This document shows, piece after piece, positions 61,558 to 64,000 of a stretch of DNA of 64,000 nucleotides (position 1 is the stretch's first letter; every line of letters begins with the position of its first letter). Source of the stretch: Squalus acanthias. Its lineage: Eukaryota. A program made the position numbers and the translations under genes. Location: contig CM059425.1 in NCBI GenBank assembly GCA_030390025.1, positions 163,248,001-163,312,000 on the forward strand. The letters are read 5' to 3'. Under the pieces are notes generated by a model. That model made no database searches, was not told where the DNA came from, and saw only the letters and a program-made list of their open reading frames with translations.

Positions 61558-64000
61558 TTTTTTTTATTCGTTCCTGGGATGTGGGCGTCGCTGGCAAAGC
61601 CAGCATTTATTGTCCATCCCTAATCCCTTGAGAAGGTGGTGGTAAGTCTTCTTCTTGAACCGCTGCAGTCCTTGTGGTGAAGGTGCTCCCACAGTACTGT
61701 TAGGGAGGGAGTTCCATGATTTTGAGCTAACGACAATGAAGGAACGGTGATATATTTCCAAGTCAAAACTTGGTGTGTGACTTGGATGGGAACTTGGAGT
61801 TGATGCTCTTCCCATGCGCCTGCTGCCCTTGTCCTTCAAGGTGGTAATGGTCGCAGGTTTGGGAGGGGCTGTCGAAGAAGCCTTGGCAAGTTGCTGCAGT
61901 GCATCTTGTAGATGGTACACACTGCAGCCATGGTGTGCCGCTGGTGGAGGGAGTGAATGTTTAAGGTGGTGGATGGGGTACCAATCAAGCGGGCTGCTTT
62001 GTCTTGGATGGTGTCGAGCTTCTTGAGAGTTGTTGGAGCTGCACTCATCCAGGCAAGTGGAGAGTATTCCATCACACTCCTGACTTGTGCCTTGTAGATG
62101 GTAGAAAGGCTTTGGGGAGTCATTATCTGAGGAGTTGCGAATGGAACTGAACACTGTGCAATCATCAGTGAACATCCCCACTTCTGACCTTATGATGGAG
62201 GGAAGGTCATTGATGAAGCAACTGAAGAGGGTTGGGTCTAGGACACTGTCCTGAGGAACTCCTGCAGCGATGTCCTCGGGTTGAGATGATTGGCCTCCAA
62301 CAACCATCGCCATCTTCCTTTGTGCTAGGTATGACTCCAGCCTGTGGTGAATATGCCCCCTGTTTCCCATTGCCTTCAATTTTACTAGCGCTCCTTGATG
62401 CCACACTTGGACAAATGCTGCCTTGATGTCAAGGGCAGTCACTCTTACCTTACCTCTGGAATTCAGCTCTTTTGTCCATGCTTGGACCAAGGCTGTAATG
62501 AGGTCTGGAGCCGAGTGGTCCTGGCAGAACCCAAACTGAGCATCGGTGAGCAGGTTATTGGTGAGTAAGTGTCGCTTGATAGCACTGTCGATGACACCTT
62601 CCATCACTTTGCTGATGATTGAGAGTAGACTGATGGGGTGGTAATTGGCCGGATTCGATTTGTCCTGCTTTTTGTGGACAGGACATACCTGGGCAGTTTT
62701 CCACATTGTCGGGTAGATGCCAGTGTTGTAGCTATACTGGAATAGCTTGGTTAGAGGCGTGGCTAGTTCTGGAGCACAAGTCTTCAGCACGACAGCCGGG
62801 ATGTTGTCGGGGCCCATAGCCTTTGCTGTATGCAGTGCGCGCAGCCGTTTTTTGATATCATGTGGAGTGAATCGAATTGGCTTAGACTGGCTTCTGTGAT
62901 GGTGGAGACCTTAAGAGGAGGCCAAAAATGATCATCCACTCGGCACTTCTGGCTGAAGGTGGTTGCAAACGCTTCAGCCTTGTCTTTTGCACTCACGTGC
63001 TGGGCTCCACCATCATTGAGGATGGGGATATTCATGGAGCTTCCTCCTCCAGTTAGTTGTTTAATGGTCCACCACCATTCATGACTGGATGTGGCAGGAC
63101 TGCAGAGCTTTGATCTGATCCGTTGATTGTGGGATCGCTTAGCTCTATCTATAGCATGTTGCTTCCGCTTTTTAACATGCATGTAAGTCCTGTGTTGCAG
63201 CGTCCCCAGGTTGGCACCTCATTTTTAAGTGCACCTGGTGCTGCTCCTGGCATGTTCTTCTACACTCCTCATTGAACCATGGTTGGCCCCCTGGTAATGG
63301 TAGAGTGAGGGATATGCCGGGCCATGAGCTTAAAGATTGTGGTGGAATACAATTCTGCTGCGGCCCCACAGCACCTCATGGATGCCCAGTTTTGAGCTGC
63401 TAGATCTATTCTGAATCTATCCCATTTAGCATGGTGGTAGTGCCACACAACACGATGGAGGGTGTCCTCAGTGTGAAGACGGGACTTCATCTCCACAAGA
63501 ACTGTGCGGTGGTCACTACTACCAATACTGTCATGGATGAGATGAAATAGGTTCTCTCACCACCTATCGCAGGCCCAGACTGGCAGCTATGTCCTTCAGG
63601 ACTCCGCCAGCTCGGTCAGTAGTGGTGCTACCGAGCCAATCTTGGTGATGCACATTGAAGTCCCCATCCAGAGTACATTCTGTGCCCTTGCTACCCTCAG
63701 TCCTTCTTCCAAGTGGTGTTCAACATGGAGGAGTACTGATTCATCAGCTGAGGGAGGGCAGTAGGTGGTAATCAGCAGGAGGTTTCCTTGCCCATGCTTG
63801 ACCTGAAGCCATGAGACATCATGGGGTCCAGAGTCAGTGTTGAGGACTCCCAGGGCTACTCCCTCCCGACTGTGTAGCACTTTGCTGCCACCTCTGGTGG
63901 GTCTGTCTTGCCGGTGGGACAGGACATACCCTGGGATGGTGATGGAGGAGTCTGGGACATTGGCTGAAAGATATGATTCTGTGAGTATGACTATGTCAGG
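61558..64000 (-). mobile_element. Long copy of the same LINE family (APE plus RT), continuing beyond the window, with an internal deletion near 62122
   Basis: ORF 61564-62817 carries RT motifs. Endonuclease-region motifs at 63300-64000. About 290 nt missing relative to 32990-33280. Confidence 0.92.

Noticed and set aside
1..64000. CRISPR arrays, rRNA, or prokaryotic/viral systems
   Set aside because: I saw no regularly spaced repeat-spacer array, rRNA motifs or operon-like structure. The window is vertebrate DNA throughout.

Overview
This is vertebrate genomic DNA, almost certainly from a cartilaginous fish (shark-type CR1, L2, SacSINE1/Deu-SINE, Penelope and Harbinger repeats). Three host genes are recognisable by eye against remembered human proteins: the last coding exon of ARSK (+, 19808-20088), intronless GPR150 (-, 28341-29543), and a divergent SPATA9-like gene (-, three well-supported exons at 59136-58918, 51613-51518 and 51421-51329) that the ORF track does not assemble. 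This matches the human 5q15 ARSK-GPR150-RFESD-SPATA9 block, except that I see no RFESD and GPR150 appears inverted. The rest is mostly nested mobile DNA. Main items: a young, ORF-intact CsRn1-clade Gypsy LTR retrotransposon (14952-19320); two head-to-head two-gene PIF/Harbinger transposons with a spliced Myb/SANT gene (34372-42366) and many derived MITEs; several CR1 and CR1/L2-group LINEs; and Penelope-like elements carrying minimal hammerhead ribozyme motifs, one inserted 160 bp after the ARSK stop codon. No database searches were run, so all homology calls rest on motif recognition.
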